A DNA stretch of 63,360 nt, counting the filler, from Callorhinchus milii (taxonomy: Eukaryota): the NCBI RefSeq assembly GCF_018977255.1. It is 2 parts of 2 records of this genome, joined end to end, with 100 filler letters (N's around TTAATTAATTAA, not from the genome) between each part and the next. Parts side by side here need not be neighbours in the genome. Positions count along the whole stretch, not along the records: positions 31,757 to 63,360 come from NW_024705612.1; 1 more part is not named here. The stretch is one strand, 5' to 3'. The notes beneath the pieces were generated by a model. That model worked only from the letters and a program-made list of their open reading frames with translations. It had not been told where the DNA came from and searched no databases. Below, in pieces: positions 62,817 to 63,360 of this stretch. Each line of letters starts with the position of its first letter. Within the stretch, counting starts at the first letter, position 1. Made by a program: the position numbers and the translations under genes.

Positions 62817-63360
62817 AATGAGACAATGGCCATTACAGTATACATACGTTATTGCTGGTTCTGTTTATAATGCTCAGATTATATTTGTTTCACTCTATTG
62901 ATATTTGGAATGTTGCATATTAACGTTATTCTAAAGGTTACACTTATAGACCTTACATAGTTTGGATGTTTCACAAATGATGTCTGTGTTGTGAATTGTG
63001 TATCATTACGATGATGGCGATTATATATAATTCTCAAAGCACCACTGTGTTTTTAATGGGTGGTACATCCTTAACGCATCAAAGCTATTCTGTGCACGCC
63101 AACTCTTTAAAGGATATCTGCTGACTCCAACATCCACCAGAGCTACCACGTCTCAAAAAGGCCACAGTCCCACCAAGACATATATCCGTGTAAATTATCC
63201 ATTCACTCGTTTTAGCTGCATTCACTGAGAGGGCTTTTCAGCTGAGCAGAAAATTGCCCAGTTCACTGTGCAGCTATTACCAATTAATGTCTTTTCAGAG
63301 TGAAGTGCAAACCAAATTAGTTACAGTCATCCATCTTGGTATTTATGCAGTCACCACAAA

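Overview
This is a composite eukaryotic (vertebrate) window, not prokaryotic. An artificial linker (44 N + TTAATTAATTAA + 44 N, 31657-31756) joins two segments with different repeat landscapes. The left segment (1-31656) is dense in L2-clade LINEs, CR1 remnants and tRNA/Deu-type SINEs, of the kind described in cartilaginous fish such as the elephant shark (inference). It carries two minus-strand genes: coding exon 1 of a gamma-secretase subunit APH1 in a CpG island (4461-4573) and, just upstream, a 7-8 exon Rab8/10/13-family gene (21059 to ~6627). The ORF track shows only fragments of both. The Rab keeps an open spliced frame and family-typical exon structure, but four of five GTP-binding motifs are altered (G1 GK-I, G2 Thr->Ala, G4 NNCE, G5 STK), making it a candidate pseudo-GTPase. 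The right segment (31757-63360, lamprey-like by repeat content; inference) has no recognisable gene. It contains V-SINEs, 5S-derived elements, RTE/L2 3' ends and many Penelope-like pseudo-LTR fragments carrying minimal hammerhead ribozymes, often in palindromes. One such inverted repeat encloses a ~138-copy 18-bp minisatellite. A ~10 kb block (~34044-44050) looks statistically random and is probably shuffled/synthetic. Repeat boundaries are approximate.
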